Below, one piece after another: positions 28,675 through 39,257 of a DNA stretch of 64,000 nucleotides. The notes under the pieces were generated by a model, which was given only the letters and a program-made list of their open reading frames with translations, did not search any database and was not told where the DNA came from. Numbering within the stretch: the stretch's first letter is position 1; each line of letters begins with the position of its first letter. The stretch comes from a virus: IMG/VR virus record IMGVR_UViG_3300042691_021876, positions 32,001 through 96,000 of that record; one strand, written 5' to 3'. Position numbers and translations under genes: made by a program.

Positions 28675-29355
28675 TTAATATTGTTTTCTTAATAATTCAA
28701 TTACATCCCAAGCATCTTCAACTGCATTGTGTGTAACTATTTCTGGTAATCCTGCTCTGCTTTTACATTCCGATAAGTTAGGCAAAGAATTGTCTTTAGC
28801 CCAATCAACAAAAAGAACCGCAGGATCTATTACTCGTTGTTGGATACGAATAAGTTTTTTCCAATTAGGAAGTCTTTCAAGGAATAGCTTATCAAATGTT
28901 CCGAAGTTTTTACCAGCCACTGTTACAATGACGGGTTTAGTTCTTAAGTTAACTACAGGAACCAAATGTCCTTCAATCCATTTAACTTGTTGACCTATGT
29001 TAATCTCTGTTGTTTTTTCACTGCTGATACCATTTATGTATAAGAATTGATAAATTGCTTCAGCAACTTCCTCCTCCTTCATAAATTGCATGCCAGTGAA
29101 ATGAACCATATCATTTTTCTCATCTTGGTCTACAGCAGTCTGATAGCTGTTAATCGTTTCAATTAAATCAGCGTTCATATTAATTGCGTACGGAGATCCA
29201 GAGATTCTATCTCTTAAGATTGCTATGTGTAATTTTGGAATTTCATCAAATGGCAGTTTCTTTGATGTATCTTCTAAGATAATACCTACTGATAAGACTT
29301 GGTCATTTTCAGGGTCAATACCGGTCGTCTCGATATCTATACTTAAATATTTCAT
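28675..29355 (-). CDS. DEDDh 3'-5' exonuclease
   Basis: SIDIETTG, GKNFGTFD, HNAVEDA. Confidence 0.85.
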   Translation of the reverse strand: MKYLSIDIETTGIDPENDQVLSVGIILEDTSKKLPFDEIPKLHIAILRDRISGSPYAINMNADLIETINSYQTAVDQDEKNDMVHFTGMQFMKEEEVAEAIYQFLYINGISSEKTTEINIGQQVKWIEGHLVPVVNLRTKPVIVTVAGKNFGTFDKLFLERLPNWKKLIRIQQRVIDPAVLFVDWAKDNSLPNLSECKSRAGLPEIVTHNAVEDAWDVIELLRKQY

Positions 29356-29390
29356 ATATGTGTAGTTTTAAATTATATGCAAATATAAAC

Positions 29391-29422
29391 AAAAAGTTCC
29401 GTAGTATTGCTACTACAGAACC
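29391..29422 (-). terminator. intrinsic terminator after the portal gene, overlapping a middle-type -35
   Basis: minus GTTCTGTAGTA-GCAA-TACTACGGAAC-TTTTT. Confidence 0.7.
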
Positions 29423-29446
29423 AAATGTTTTTAACAAATTTATGTG

Positions 29447-31066
29447 TTAGAATCCGCCAGCTCCGCCATCTTGGCCTGCTTGAATTTCTTGTTGTTTCTT
29501 CATATATTCAAGATCCTCAATTTCTTGTTTCTTGTTAAGACGGTTATTTTCAGCAATATCAGAAGGATCCAATTTAAGATATTTCTCAACAACAAATTGT
29601 GCATTGAAGTAAGGTACATCAACATCCATTCCCGAAGCATCTTTACGTTTAACCATGATACCCATCATTGAAGTTACAAATTCAATACGTTTGGACATGA
29701 TCTCCATTGTTTTCATTTCCTCAAAGACATTGTCCGCGTTAAATTTTAAAGCAAGGGTAGATTTGAATAATTCGTCTTCAGCAAGTTCTGGGTAAAGAAG
29801 ACCCATTTGAATAAACAAAGGTTTAAGTAAAACTTCTTGAAAGATTGAACGTAAACGATTAATGAATTTTGCAAAACGGATTTCATCACGGTTAGTACTG
29901 TCTGCAGAGAAATTAACTGTTCCTCCACCTTCACCTTGGTCAAAACGTGAGAATGGTATTTTAGAATCTTCTTGAAGTTTAATCTTAAAATATTTAACGA
30001 TATCGTTATTACTAAGATCATAACCTTCACCACCAATAACTGAGATATCAGGTTGCTCACCATTTTTAGATGGGAACAAGTAGTTTTTGTAAAACTGCAT
30101 TGACGGTTGTCCGTTTACTGCAAGTTCTCCAGATTCATAGTTAAGAGAAATATCTTCTTTGTAGATTGACATCATCTCTGCTAGAGATTCTTTTGCTTTT
30201 TGCGGAGATTTTGTGCCAATAGGAACTACCATCTTCATACGGAACGATGAGTTCATAATGTTCCAAATAATTCTAGAGTTCTCCATGATACGTAAAAGGT
30301 TAAAAGAACGTACCAATCTTTCTACATAAGATACACGAGAAGTAAAGTTACCTTTAGCATACGATATGTAAATAATCTGTGAGTCAAGAAGAACCCTTTT
30401 CATTGAAGGAATATCTTCGTACTGAACCCAAATCTTTTTATAGTTCCCGTCTCCGGATTTTTCAACACCAGGACGTAATGATGTAGGGTCTAATTCTTTA
30501 AAACCTACAATGTTTTTACCGTCTGGGTCAAAGATAATCTCAAAGGCAAGGAAACCGTCAATTAAAAATTGTCTAAAGTAACCCCAACCATCATGCCCTT
30601 CATTAAAATGGAAGTGAGAGTAAATCTTTTTAAACTCTGTATTAATTTCACCGCAGATTTCATCAACTGTATCTGGTGAAAGAATTTCTTTAACTTTTGA
30701 AACATCAGGTTTTACAAAATAATTACCTTCATCATAAACGATTGCTTCATCAGATAATGTATCAAGAATAAACTCAATCTCACCGTTCATTGCAAATTTA
30801 CGAAGATATTCTCTACGAGATTTGTAATCTTTGTCAAAGAAAGCAATAAACTTTTTTGAACCTACATCGGATAATGCAAGTGAGTATAAGAATTCTTCAG
30901 GAAGATAACCTTGATTTCCAAATTCTGCTTCAGTTACACCGACTGCTCTAGACTGTCGGATAACCATGTCTTCATACCTCATTCCAAGGTTTGCAAGGTT
31001 TTTCAGACTCTTAGATAACTGTCCGAAAATTGGATTGACTCCTGTTCTATCGATAAAACCTGCCAT
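29447..31066 (-). CDS. portal protein (T4 gp20-like)
   Basis: EIEFILD...EAIVYD, FRQFLIDG, SYVERL..FNLLRIMENSRII, KIPFSRF, RDEIRFAKFINRLR. Confidence 0.9.
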   Translation of the reverse strand: MAGFIDRTGVNPIFGQLSKSLKNLANLGMRYEDMVIRQSRAVGVTEAEFGNQGYLPEEFLYSLALSDVGSKKFIAFFDKDYKSRREYLRKFAMNGEIEFILDTLSDEAIVYDEGNYFVKPDVSKVKEILSPDTVDEICGEINTEFKKIYSHFHFNEGHDGWGYFRQFLIDGFLAFEIIFDPDGKNIVGFKELDPTSLRPGVEKSGDGNYKKIWVQYEDIPSMKRVLLDSQIIYISYAKGNFTSRVSYVERLVRSFNLLRIMENSRIIWNIMNSSFRMKMVVPIGTKSPQKAKESLAEMMSIYKEDISLNYESGELAVNGQPSMQFYKNYLFPSKNGEQPDISVIGGEGYDLSNNDIVKYFKIKLQEDSKIPFSRFDQGEGGGTVNFSADSTNRDEIRFAKFINRLRSIFQEVLLKPLFIQMGLLYPELAEDELFKSTLALKFNADNVFEEMKTMEIMSKRIEFVTSMMGIMVKRKDASGMDVDVPYFNAQFVVEKYLKLDPSDIAENNRLNKKQEIEDLEYMKKQQEIQAGQDGGAGGF

Positions 31067-31096
31067 ATATGTTTAGTTGTTTAGTTTATATATTCT

Positions 31097-31834
31097 TTAA
31101 CTTCCACCGGGCTTTTTGAATTTCTTCTGAGCTTGTAAAGCGCGGTTTGCATCTTTATTTCGTCTTTCACTATTTTGTAAAAGTTCAATTCTGTTTTTTA
31201 GGTATAGCGCATAAATTCCACCTATTGGTAATCCCATCATTTCTTTAGGTACAAAGTAAGGAATCATTTCAAAATCTTCCACCTCAATTAAAACAGGATT
31301 CATTATTCTTTTAATTTCGTAATTTCTAACGGCAAAAGATAAACCTATTTTTGCATTCTTGTCAAAATTAAGTGACATAAAATACCAATTTGTGACTAAG
31401 TTATTTATTTGCATCATAGATACTAATCTATCCTCATCACTCATTTCATCTGCCTTCTTGTATGCGTCTCCAAAGATTCGGAAAGCGGTATCTATAAACT
31501 TAGCTTTAACACTCTCTGGAAGGAAATTAAGGTTCACTCCTTGAACTATGCGTTTACCTGTAGATTTTGAAACATATTCACCTATGATATAAACCATTGG
31601 ACGTTTATCGTAAAAATCCAACACGTCAGCACCTTCAGGCATATACTGGTAAGTGTAAACTCGCCCAGGCATAAAGAATTTTAATCCTTTTGCTTTAAAA
31701 CGTTCTGTTTGCTCAATAATCCAATAATTTTGAAACGGATTCTCGATATACTTGTCATTAAAGTATTCGTAAGTAGTTTTTCTTAATTCTGCTTTATTTG
31801 GATTCCTGTCATACCTATCAAAAAAATCTGTCAT
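31097..31834 (-). CDS. DNA end protector-like protein (T4 gp2-like)
   Basis: PGRVYTYQY.P...LDFYDKRP, GVNLNFLP; adjacent to the gp4-like gene. Confidence 0.6.
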   Translation of the reverse strand: MTDFFDRYDRNPNKAELRKTTYEYFNDKYIENPFQNYWIIEQTERFKAKGLKFFMPGRVYTYQYMPEGADVLDFYDKRPMVYIIGEYVSKSTGKRIVQGVNLNFLPESVKAKFIDTAFRIFGDAYKKADEMSDEDRLVSMMQINNLVTNWYFMSLNFDKNAKIGLSFAVRNYEIKRIMNPVLIEVEDFEMIPYFVPKEMMGLPIGGIYALYLKNRIELLQNSERRNKDANRALQAQKKFKKPGGS

Positions 31835-32358
31835 CGCGTTACTTTAAATAGGAAATCTTCTGTTACAATAATAAATTTATAACCTATAGATTCAGCATGT
31901 GCTTTAGCAGCTGAAAATTTTGCAGTATTAATGATAAATGTTTTAGCTGCATAGTTAAAGTTCTTTAACTTTTGCATTGTTTGGATTCCTTCAAACACTG
32001 GTTTCTTTAAAGATTCTTCAGGTTTAACTTCTACTAGATAATCGATTTCTTGACCGTCTTTAATACCTCTCATGTAAAAGTCAATGTAATAGTCATGTTC
32101 CTTTCCATCTATAGGACTTATGTACTTGATAGGAAATGGCTCTGATGACCACTTCAAGACATTTGTTGAATCATCACAATACCTACAAAACTTATATTCC
32201 CAGGACGAGCGATAGATGATCTTTGTGGGATCACCTATATACTTGTCTGGGTTATTAAGAGTGTAATAGCCTTGGCGGAATTTGCTTTTGGCCGTAGGCT
32301 TGTTTGATTTTATATCAGATGCCATAGAAATTTTCGTTGTTGATAGAAACTTGGTCAA
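31831..32358 (-). CDS. head completion nuclease (T4 gp4-like, TnsA-type endonuclease)
   Basis: NPDKYIGDPTKIIYRSSWE, WSSE, YYIDFY, VEVKP, AKFSAA..F.IVTE. Confidence 0.88.
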   Translation of the reverse strand: MTKFLSTTKISMASDIKSNKPTAKSKFRQGYYTLNNPDKYIGDPTKIIYRSSWEYKFCRYCDDSTNVLKWSSEPFPIKYISPIDGKEHDYYIDFYMRGIKDGQEIDYLVEVKPEESLKKPVFEGIQTMQKLKNFNYAAKTFIINTAKFSAAKAHAESIGYKFIIVTEDFLFKVTR

Positions 32359-32659
32359 GCGAACTTAATGGGTGAATCTTTCTCCAACCTTTTGCGAAAC
32401 CGTTCTTTAACATTTGCGTGTAATAAGCAAAAGGATATTTCGATTTCTCTGGATTATAACTTTTCCAGTAACGGATTACATCCATCATTGCAAAAGCAAT
32501 ACAATCTTTTCTGTCTTCTTCATCTTTATATCGAAATTTTTTCGACATTTCTTTTGCCATCCTTTGGAATATTTCGATAGCTCTTGGAGTTAATTCTCCT
32601 TTTTCTAATGATAACAGAACTTCTTTTTTAAGTTCTTCGGGTTCTACGTAATTTGCCAT
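32315..32659 (-). CDS. late-transcription sigma factor (T4 gp55-like), compact
   Basis: NYV...L, D...DCIAFAMMD...YW.SYNPEKSKYPFAYYTQ. Confidence 0.75.
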   Translation of the reverse strand: MANYVEPEELKKEVLLSLEKGELTPRAIEIFQRMAKEMSKKFRYKDEEDRKDCIAFAMMDVIRYWKSYNPEKSKYPFAYYTQMLKNGFAKGWRKIHPLSSLDQVSINNENFYGI

Positions 32660-32662
32660 TTA

Positions 32663-33046
32663 TTATTTGTTGATTATAACAGATGCACCGTCATTGGTTT
32701 CGTCTTCGAGTGCTTTTACGTAAGAGGATAATTCAGCAATACATTTATCAAGTGATTCATGTGAAAGAGATGAATTATCTTTCACAAATAATTGTAATTC
32801 TTCAAGTGATGAAACGATTTCATTTATACGTTCGGTTAATCTATCGATAACAGCTCCAACCTTATCAGGAGTATTTTCTCCGGTTTTAGGGTTTGAGTTT
32901 ACATCCATTTCAGAATTATATACACCAGTTTCAAAAAGTTCTGTAGGTTCTACCAAGTTCTTCTTGATTTTAAGACGAGTGTCACCATGTATTACTTCAA
33001 CTTCTTCATCATCACCTTTACTTGTAAAGTCAAGAGCCTTAATCAT
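32663..33046 (-). CDS. hypothetical protein; probably the C-terminal part of a -1 frameshift fusion with 33289-34875
   Basis: its frame stays open upstream to the A9 run at 33299-33307. Confidence 0.6.
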   Translation of the reverse strand: MIKALDFTSKGDDEEVEVIHGDTRLKIKKNLVEPTELFETGVYNSEMDVNSNPKTGENTPDKVGAVIDRLTERINEIVSSLEELQLFVKDNSSLSHESLDKCIAELSSYVKALEDETNDGASVIINK

Positions 33047-33288
33047 AATCTCTGTGTCAGGAGCTAATCCTGAGTTAACAGCGTCTTGACGAATTTTGCC
33101 CTTTACATACTCTTTGGCCTCTCGAACTCCAACCGATCCGCCGTCTTGCTGAGTAATCAGCTCGAGGTCATTTCCCGGTTTAGCTTGAGAGGCCTTTTTA
33201 GTTACTTCTATTTCAGTAGGATTTACAATTTTTGTAGATCCGTCTTCAAATTCTATAGTAAGAGTGCGATCAGCTTGGTTAGTACCCG

Positions 33289-34875
33289 TTACTCTTGCTT
33301 TTTTTTTAAATGTTCAACTTCATCGTTTACATTTGCACCAACACCTTCAGAGATTGTTGTAAAATCTCTTAGTTCTTGTTGCACATTAGCATATGATTCT
33401 TTAAGTGTAGAGATTTCATCGTTAATTGCTTCATAAATGTTTGTCATTTCTTCAGACTCACGAACAGCAGGATTTGCTATTGCATCAATCTTGGCTTTAC
33501 GTTCTTCAAGATAGTTAATTGCCTCAAGGATTTCTGCTTTCTTAGCCTCAAGTTCTTTAATTTGTTTTTCGTCTACGTTAAGTAAGTCAGCGAAAGTGTT
33601 TCCTAAGTCATAGTTCATAAACTCTAATACTTCATTACGAGATTGTGTTCCGTTACAGTCAGCAACGAAAACATTCTCTGACATTAAAGTATTAATTTTG
33701 TTCATATGTATTTTGTCACCAGTGCGGAAGATATCTACACGACGGTGAGGATTTGAGTTTGAGAAGATTGATTTTACAAAATCAAGTTCGAAGATAGAAT
33801 CCCAGTTTTCAACAATTTTATAAACAGAAGCTAAAACTTCTCTTTCTTCAATTCTGAAGATTCCAGAGTTTAAGTAAATTTTTTCAAAATCAGAATTAGT
33901 AACTGCTTTACCGTTTACTTTTACAGATGGTGCACCGTTTTCTTCAATAATTTCTACTTTCTTATCACGAGAAAATATTTTAACTCCGCTTTCAGATACT
34001 TCAACATTTGATTGAATAAGATAGTTTGCTAACCATTCAAAGTTTTCAGGAAGTAATCCTTTATCAGTATCAGAAATAACATTTACAGATTCACCTTCTT
34101 TAACAAAGATTTTTCCAAATACTGCAAAATATTCTTTACCTTCATTAACATATACTGGAGAGTAAACATTTTTGAAGTATGCATCGCTGCTGTTTGCTTT
34201 AATTTGGAAACCGTTAGCAGATTCAGCAACTATATTGTATAATTGTTTGATTCCTGGGTCAAAAGACAACTTGTTAAGAGCTTCCATCAGTTTAGCTCTA
34301 TTAGTAGCAGTTCTTTGATTAAGGTAAGCATCGATTGGTTTTTCTAAACCAGCCATAAGATATCCAGAACTTGTAGCTTTTGCTTCAGCAACTGCTTTGT
34401 AAATTTTAATATCTTCTGCGTATTTAGAGGTATTTTCTTTAAGAATGTTTAATTGCTCCTTAACAACTGGAGACCATTCAAATTGTGATAGTGCTTCAAC
34501 AGCCATATCAGCCGCAATCCATTCAGGAACTTCCTGAAGACGGCGTAAGTTTTCTATAATGTAACGAACAGAAACGTGTTTAGACAAATCGTCTTCCATT
34601 ACTGCCGTGATTGCATTACGAACCCCAAGGTTATTCATTCCTGTTAAACGGTTCTCAACATTGATGAACTCCTGCACAACCGGTTCATCCACAGATGCAA
34701 TAGCTTCTATTAATGAATTAGCAATAGTTTCTTCAATAAAACTTCTTTGGCTATACGGAGAAGTTGCTGAAATGCTTCCGCTAAACTTGTTAATTGCTTC
34801 TGAACATGCTTCACGAACTTCTGATATTTGTGTAGCGCCAAGAAGAGCTTCTACTCTTTTCTTAAGATTTGACAT
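33289..34875 (-). CDS. late protein, possibly prohead core/scaffold-associated
   Basis: 528 aa, helical and coiled-coil, late motif at 34902-34910; ends at A AAA AAG. Confidence 0.55.
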   Translation of the reverse strand: MSNLKKRVEALLGATQISEVREACSEAINKFSGSISATSPYSQRSFIEETIANSLIEAIASVDEPVVQEFINVENRLTGMNNLGVRNAITAVMEDDLSKHVSVRYIIENLRRLQEVPEWIAADMAVEALSQFEWSPVVKEQLNILKENTSKYAEDIKIYKAVAEAKATSSGYLMAGLEKPIDAYLNQRTATNRAKLMEALNKLSFDPGIKQLYNIVAESANGFQIKANSSDAYFKNVYSPVYVNEGKEYFAVFGKIFVKEGESVNVISDTDKGLLPENFEWLANYLIQSNVEVSESGVKIFSRDKKVEIIEENGAPSVKVNGKAVTNSDFEKIYLNSGIFRIEEREVLASVYKIVENWDSIFELDFVKSIFSNSNPHRRVDIFRTGDKIHMNKINTLMSENVFVADCNGTQSRNEVLEFMNYDLGNTFADLLNVDEKQIKELEAKKAEILEAINYLEERKAKIDAIANPAVRESEEMTNIYEAINDEISTLKESYANVQQELRDFTTISEGVGANVNDEVEHLKKKQE

Positions 34876-34931
34876 TTTCTATTGATATTTTTAATCTATA
34901 CTATATATTCGCCATCATTAATACATTTTTA

Positions 34932-36476
34932 TCATTGTATTTCAAAGATGGCAGTTTGCGGATCAAGTGTATAGTCCCCGTCATTAACGAGAAGTGTACA
35001 GTTTTGATCCAGCACAATCCAATTATTTATCGCGTCATGCGATAGGATTTTTGTACCATTTGCTGTACCTGGTCCTTGTATAAAACTATCAAAGTTTACA
35101 CCAAGAGAAACAAGTTCAGCAACGGTTGGATTTAAGTTTGTTACTTTAGTTGGGTTAGGACCTAAAGGGTCGGTATCACCTGTAAATGTTGCAGCAGTTA
35201 AACAAATTTGAGATTGGACAGGATTCACCTGATTTTCAATTTTTAGTTCAATGTAATTAACAGGGGTTGGAATAAATCCAGAGCCGGGACTATGAATTGT
35301 AAATCCTATTACACGCCCACAACTTACATTTGCAGAAATTTGTGGCGCAATAAAAGGTGGTGCCCCTGGCGGTGGTTGAATAAGTGGAGAAACATTAATC
35401 ATTGCTTGATTTGAATAGCCATAACCTCCATCAAAAATGATTATTCTTTCAACTTCACCATTTGCATTTATGATAGCGCGAGTTTTAGCGCCTTTACCAC
35501 TGCTATCAGATACATAGGATCTAATAGGATCTTGTTTAACTAGAGTTTGCGTATTACTAAAAAATGGAATACTCCAATCAAAAGCACCATCATTTTCTGA
35601 TGAATCTGCAATCATTGTCCAATCATCTTGTCCTGTAAATCTATAATAGATATTAACTCTTAAAATTGCTCCTGAATTTGTCCAACGAATAGGAAGAGAA
35701 CTACCTGATAAGTATGTGCCATTTGCAGTAGGACTTGTGTATTCAAAAATAACTTGAGTTTCTTCATTTATGATTCCTATATCCATTCCTGGTCCACCTG
35801 CTGATGTAATACGATTCCAATTGTTTCTTTCAGTAGTTGGGTCAATTACTGGCATGTAAGTTTCAACTGCAAGCTGAAACTTGAGTTCAATTTTACTTTC
35901 AGTTTGATATGTAAATTCAAAAGTTTTTTCTAATCCGTAATCTTCGGGAAACCCTACTTGGCACGGAACTCTAAAACCTTTATAACTTACAGAATAAACT
36001 TGAGTCTTATAAAAGGTTTCAATGATTGACTGTTGAATCTTAAACGCATCAAGATTGGTATCAGCTTCTATAACAACATCAAATTGCATTGCTAATGGAA
36101 TTGAGTTTAAGAAAGCATTATATGTTTGTAATTGTCCGTCTATTTCTTTTGCATAACTACCACGAACAAAACGGTGGGTCATTGCTGATGTATTAATTGT
36201 ATTTGATGTTAAAGTAACAATACCTCTTGGTATTACATCATAGTTACCATCCGCATGTTTAGGGTGCACACAATCACTCCATTCTAAAAAGAAATCTTGT
36301 AAGAATCGCTCATCACCAGTCATGCTGTAAAAGAACGGAACGGTAACTCGGTCAAATGTGTTATCACCTAATACATTATCATATTGTACAACAGTGTTTA
36401 GGAGATTAACAAGACCAACTATTACAGCTCTTGAGTGTACGTTATCTGTATTATACTTGTGAAGAAATTGTCCCAT
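34932..36476 (-). CDS. tail terminator / sheath stabiliser (gp15-like) with C-terminal beta-rich domains
   Basis: N-terminal VPFFY..GDERFL..IPRG..F.LAVETY.P; C-terminal GGYGY / PGSGF repeats; late motif at 36481. Confidence 0.5.
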   Translation of the reverse strand: MGQFLHKYNTDNVHSRAVIVGLVNLLNTVVQYDNVLGDNTFDRVTVPFFYSMTGDERFLQDFFLEWSDCVHPKHADGNYDVIPRGIVTLTSNTINTSAMTHRFVRGSYAKEIDGQLQTYNAFLNSIPLAMQFDVVIEADTNLDAFKIQQSIIETFYKTQVYSVSYKGFRVPCQVGFPEDYGLEKTFEFTYQTESKIELKFQLAVETYMPVIDPTTERNNWNRITSAGGPGMDIGIINEETQVIFEYTSPTANGTYLSGSSLPIRWTNSGAILRVNIYYRFTGQDDWTMIADSSENDGAFDWSIPFFSNTQTLVKQDPIRSYVSDSSGKGAKTRAIINANGEVERIIIFDGGYGYSNQAMINVSPLIQPPPGAPPFIAPQISANVSCGRVIGFTIHSPGSGFIPTPVNYIELKIENQVNPVQSQICLTAATFTGDTDPLGPNPTKVTNLNPTVAELVSLGVNFDSFIQGPGTANGTKILSHDAINNWIVLDQNCTLLVNDGDYTLDPQTAIFEIQ

Positions 36477-36486
36477 ACTTTATATA

Positions 36487-38163
36487 TCATCCAATTTTTT
36501 CAACCAATAAGTGGGAAAAACCATTGTTCTTTTGAATTTCTAAGCGATAATCAAAAATCTCGGTTGGTAATTGACTATGATTAATAACAAATATGTTTAA
36601 GTTTAATTCCCTACAAGTTTTATGAAGTACTTTTAAGATATGATAAATTCCATCAGAATCAATAGATGAAAAGATTTCATCAAGAAAAGTAAGGTTAAGC
36701 CCAGCAAAACGAATCTTCATTAAACGGATTAACGCAATTAGTGTAGCAAAATCAATTTTCTTTCTTTCACCTGTACTTAGCTGTTCTGGAGAAATCTTAA
36801 ATCCTAAATGTTGTATGTCAACATCAAATTCTTCATTAAAGGTTACACGATAATCCATGTTAAGATCAGCCATTACTTTTCGAATTTCAGCATTTAATAA
36901 TGGAACAATTCTTTTTAGAGCAGATAGTTTTACGCCCCTGTCTCCAAAGATATCTTCAACGATTTTAAAGAAGTTACCTTTCTTTTCTTCTTCACTCTTT
37001 TTAACTAAAGCAGATTGTTTCTTTTCACCAGTATCTTTAATAAGTTTTTCTAAAGATTGTGTTTGCGCATCATCAACATTACCATTACTTAATTTTGCTA
37101 ATTCATTACGTAATGTAGAAATCTGAACTTCAGCGGCTGTCTTTTTGCCATTCACTTCAGAATACATTGTACGAATTTTAGTTTTCTTTTCAGTTAATTC
37201 ATCTTGCTTGGTTTTAATCTCTGCCATCAGTTGTTTAGTAGCATCATTCTTTTCAAGAAAATCCTGTAACATACTTTTGTGATGATCATCGGTTAAATCA
37301 GTTTCACAAGTAGGACATTTACCGCTTTCAAATAAATGGATCTTTTGTGTACAAATTCTTTCATCAGTACGGTGTTCGTCCATTTTACTTGATAGAGTAT
37401 TTAAAACATTCTGTACTTCTTTTTCTTTTGTGGAGATTTCTAATAATCTATCCGCTGCTTTTTTAATGAACTCTTGGAATTGTAAAATTTTGGTTTGAAG
37501 TTCCGAACGCCTTTCTTCACCTACTGTAATAAGTTTTTCATTTAAACTAGTAAGTTCCGCGTTGGTATCTTGTATACTTCTTTCCAGTACGGCGATTTCC
37601 GTGGAAACGTTATCAAGATAGTCTTTAAGCATCTTCAATTTCATTTTAACTTTCCAACGGATACGCCCGATGATTTCCAATCCAAATAGACGGTCAATGA
37701 TTTGACGTTTATCGTTTACACCCATACTGATGAAACTCTTAAAGTCATTAATTGACAATGAAATCATATTATTAAAAACATAAAAGGGGATTCCTAAGAT
37801 TTCTTCCTCTATGTATTCTTGTACATTTTTCTTTCCAGCTTGGTCATATTCAACTCCATTAATTGAGAGTTTAAAAATTCCAGGTTTAAGTCCACGTTCA
37901 ATCGTAGCAATAGTTCCAGGTGTTTTCTCAATTACAATCTTAACTTTCATATTTCCGTTAAACCGATTGGGAAGATCACCCATCTTTTTATTATCAACTC
38001 TACCGTATAATCCAAATTTGATTACATCAGATATTGTTGACTTTCCTGCCCCGTTACTTCCAACTATAAGATAGAAGTTTCCTTGGTTTTCATCAAACAC
38101 AATTTCTTGTGGTTTATTTCCGTAACTTCCAAAATTACTCCAGGTTATACTTTTAATCTTCAT
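36487..38163 (-). CDS. SbcC/Rad50-like recombination ATPase (T4 gp46)
   Basis: GSNGAGKST, CPTC zinc hook, LSTGE, FLDEIFSSID, INH. Confidence 0.92.
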   Translation of the reverse strand: MKIKSITWSNFGSYGNKPQEIVFDENQGNFYLIVGSNGAGKSTISDVIKFGLYGRVDNKKMGDLPNRFNGNMKVKIVIEKTPGTIATIERGLKPGIFKLSINGVEYDQAGKKNVQEYIEEEILGIPFYVFNNMISLSINDFKSFISMGVNDKRQIIDRLFGLEIIGRIRWKVKMKLKMLKDYLDNVSTEIAVLERSIQDTNAELTSLNEKLITVGEERRSELQTKILQFQEFIKKAADRLLEISTKEKEVQNVLNTLSSKMDEHRTDERICTQKIHLFESGKCPTCETDLTDDHHKSMLQDFLEKNDATKQLMAEIKTKQDELTEKKTKIRTMYSEVNGKKTAAEVQISTLRNELAKLSNGNVDDAQTQSLEKLIKDTGEKKQSALVKKSEEEKKGNFFKIVEDIFGDRGVKLSALKRIVPLLNAEIRKVMADLNMDYRVTFNEEFDVDIQHLGFKISPEQLSTGERKKIDFATLIALIRLMKIRFAGLNLTFLDEIFSSIDSDGIYHILKVLHKTCRELNLNIFVINHSQLPTEIFDYRLEIQKNNGFSHLLVEKIG

Positions 38164-39256
38164 ATGAACGCTTTTCTTCAAGTTCTTTAAGAGTCTCTTG
38201 ATAAAGTCTCGAACTTACATTTTTTAATGATTGTTTGATATTTTCTGAATACGGTAAAGATTCAATATGTTTATCTATAAGTCTAGATAAGTTAATCTCT
38301 TCATATGCGTCAATGATCTCTCCGTCCTCTGTGGTAACATCATCATCACCTGAGGTTATGATAGGGTTAATTTTACGGTACCCTGTGAACTTGTCAGCAA
38401 ATATACCAAAAGGAAACTTTAAGGACCACTGAGGTGTTACCATTACATCTACATAATTGTTCTCAAATAGTTTTTGAAGTTTTCCGATAGGCTGCTCTAA
38501 AACCCAATCCAATTTAAACTTAACAAATTTTGGTGAATGATTATTTTGGAAACTAACTTCTTCATCAGATTCCAAATCAAGTCTCCAAATAGATTTGGTA
38601 TTTCCACTATCAGAACGAGTTAATTCATAAGGGCACCCAAGCATTCTTACGTTTTTGTATTTCTGTGCATAATGTATATGTCCAGAATAAACTCGATGAA
38701 AGTGCGCAAAGCGGTCAGGATCACTACCTTCTTCAATTTTTACAAATTTATTGAAAGACATTCCTTTAATGTCAGTGTGACAAAACATAATCTCTGCATG
38801 ATATGCAGGATCTGTTACAATTTCAGCAAATTCTTCAGGGCTATCAACCCACGGCATGAATAGTGCTTTACGAGGTCCAAGTTGAACTACTGTAGGTTTT
38901 TCATAAATATGAATATCTGACATGTGCTTGAATACTTTTAACGAATTAATTTCATTAGAGTACTTCATGAATATGTCATGATTACCGATGATCATATAAA
39001 CGGGCATGATTTTTGTAATCTCCTCAAAGATTGCCATACCTTTGTTTAAAACATACAGATTAATTGACTGTCTTGAGTCGAATACGTCGCCGCAATGTAT
39101 AAGAACATCTCCGGGTTGGTATTCTCGTTTTAGAGTAGGGATAAAATGATTCATGAAGTAATCTTCAATCGTATCCATCCACTCTCGAGAATTTGTTCTA
39201 ACTCCTAAGTGTGTATCGGATATTAGCCAGATTCTTTTTGCGTCGATTTTTAGCAT
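38153..39256 (-). CDS. SbcD/Mre11-like nuclease (T4 gp47)
   Basis: SDTHLG, GDVFD, GNHD, SGHIH. Confidence 0.92.
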   Translation of the reverse strand: MLKIDAKRIWLISDTHLGVRTNSREWMDTIEDYFMNHFIPTLKREYQPGDVLIHCGDVFDSRQSINLYVLNKGMAIFEEITKIMPVYMIIGNHDIFMKYSNEINSLKVFKHMSDIHIYEKPTVVQLGPRKALFMPWVDSPEEFAEIVTDPAYHAEIMFCHTDIKGMSFNKFVKIEEGSDPDRFAHFHRVYSGHIHYAQKYKNVRMLGCPYELTRSDSGNTKSIWRLDLESDEEVSFQNNHSPKFVKFKLDWVLEQPIGKLQKLFENNYVDVMVTPQWSLKFPFGIFADKFTGYRKINPIITSGDDDVTTEDGEIIDAYEEINLSRLIDKHIESLPYSENIKQSLKNVSSRLYQETLKELEEKRSYED

Positions 39257-39257
39257 A

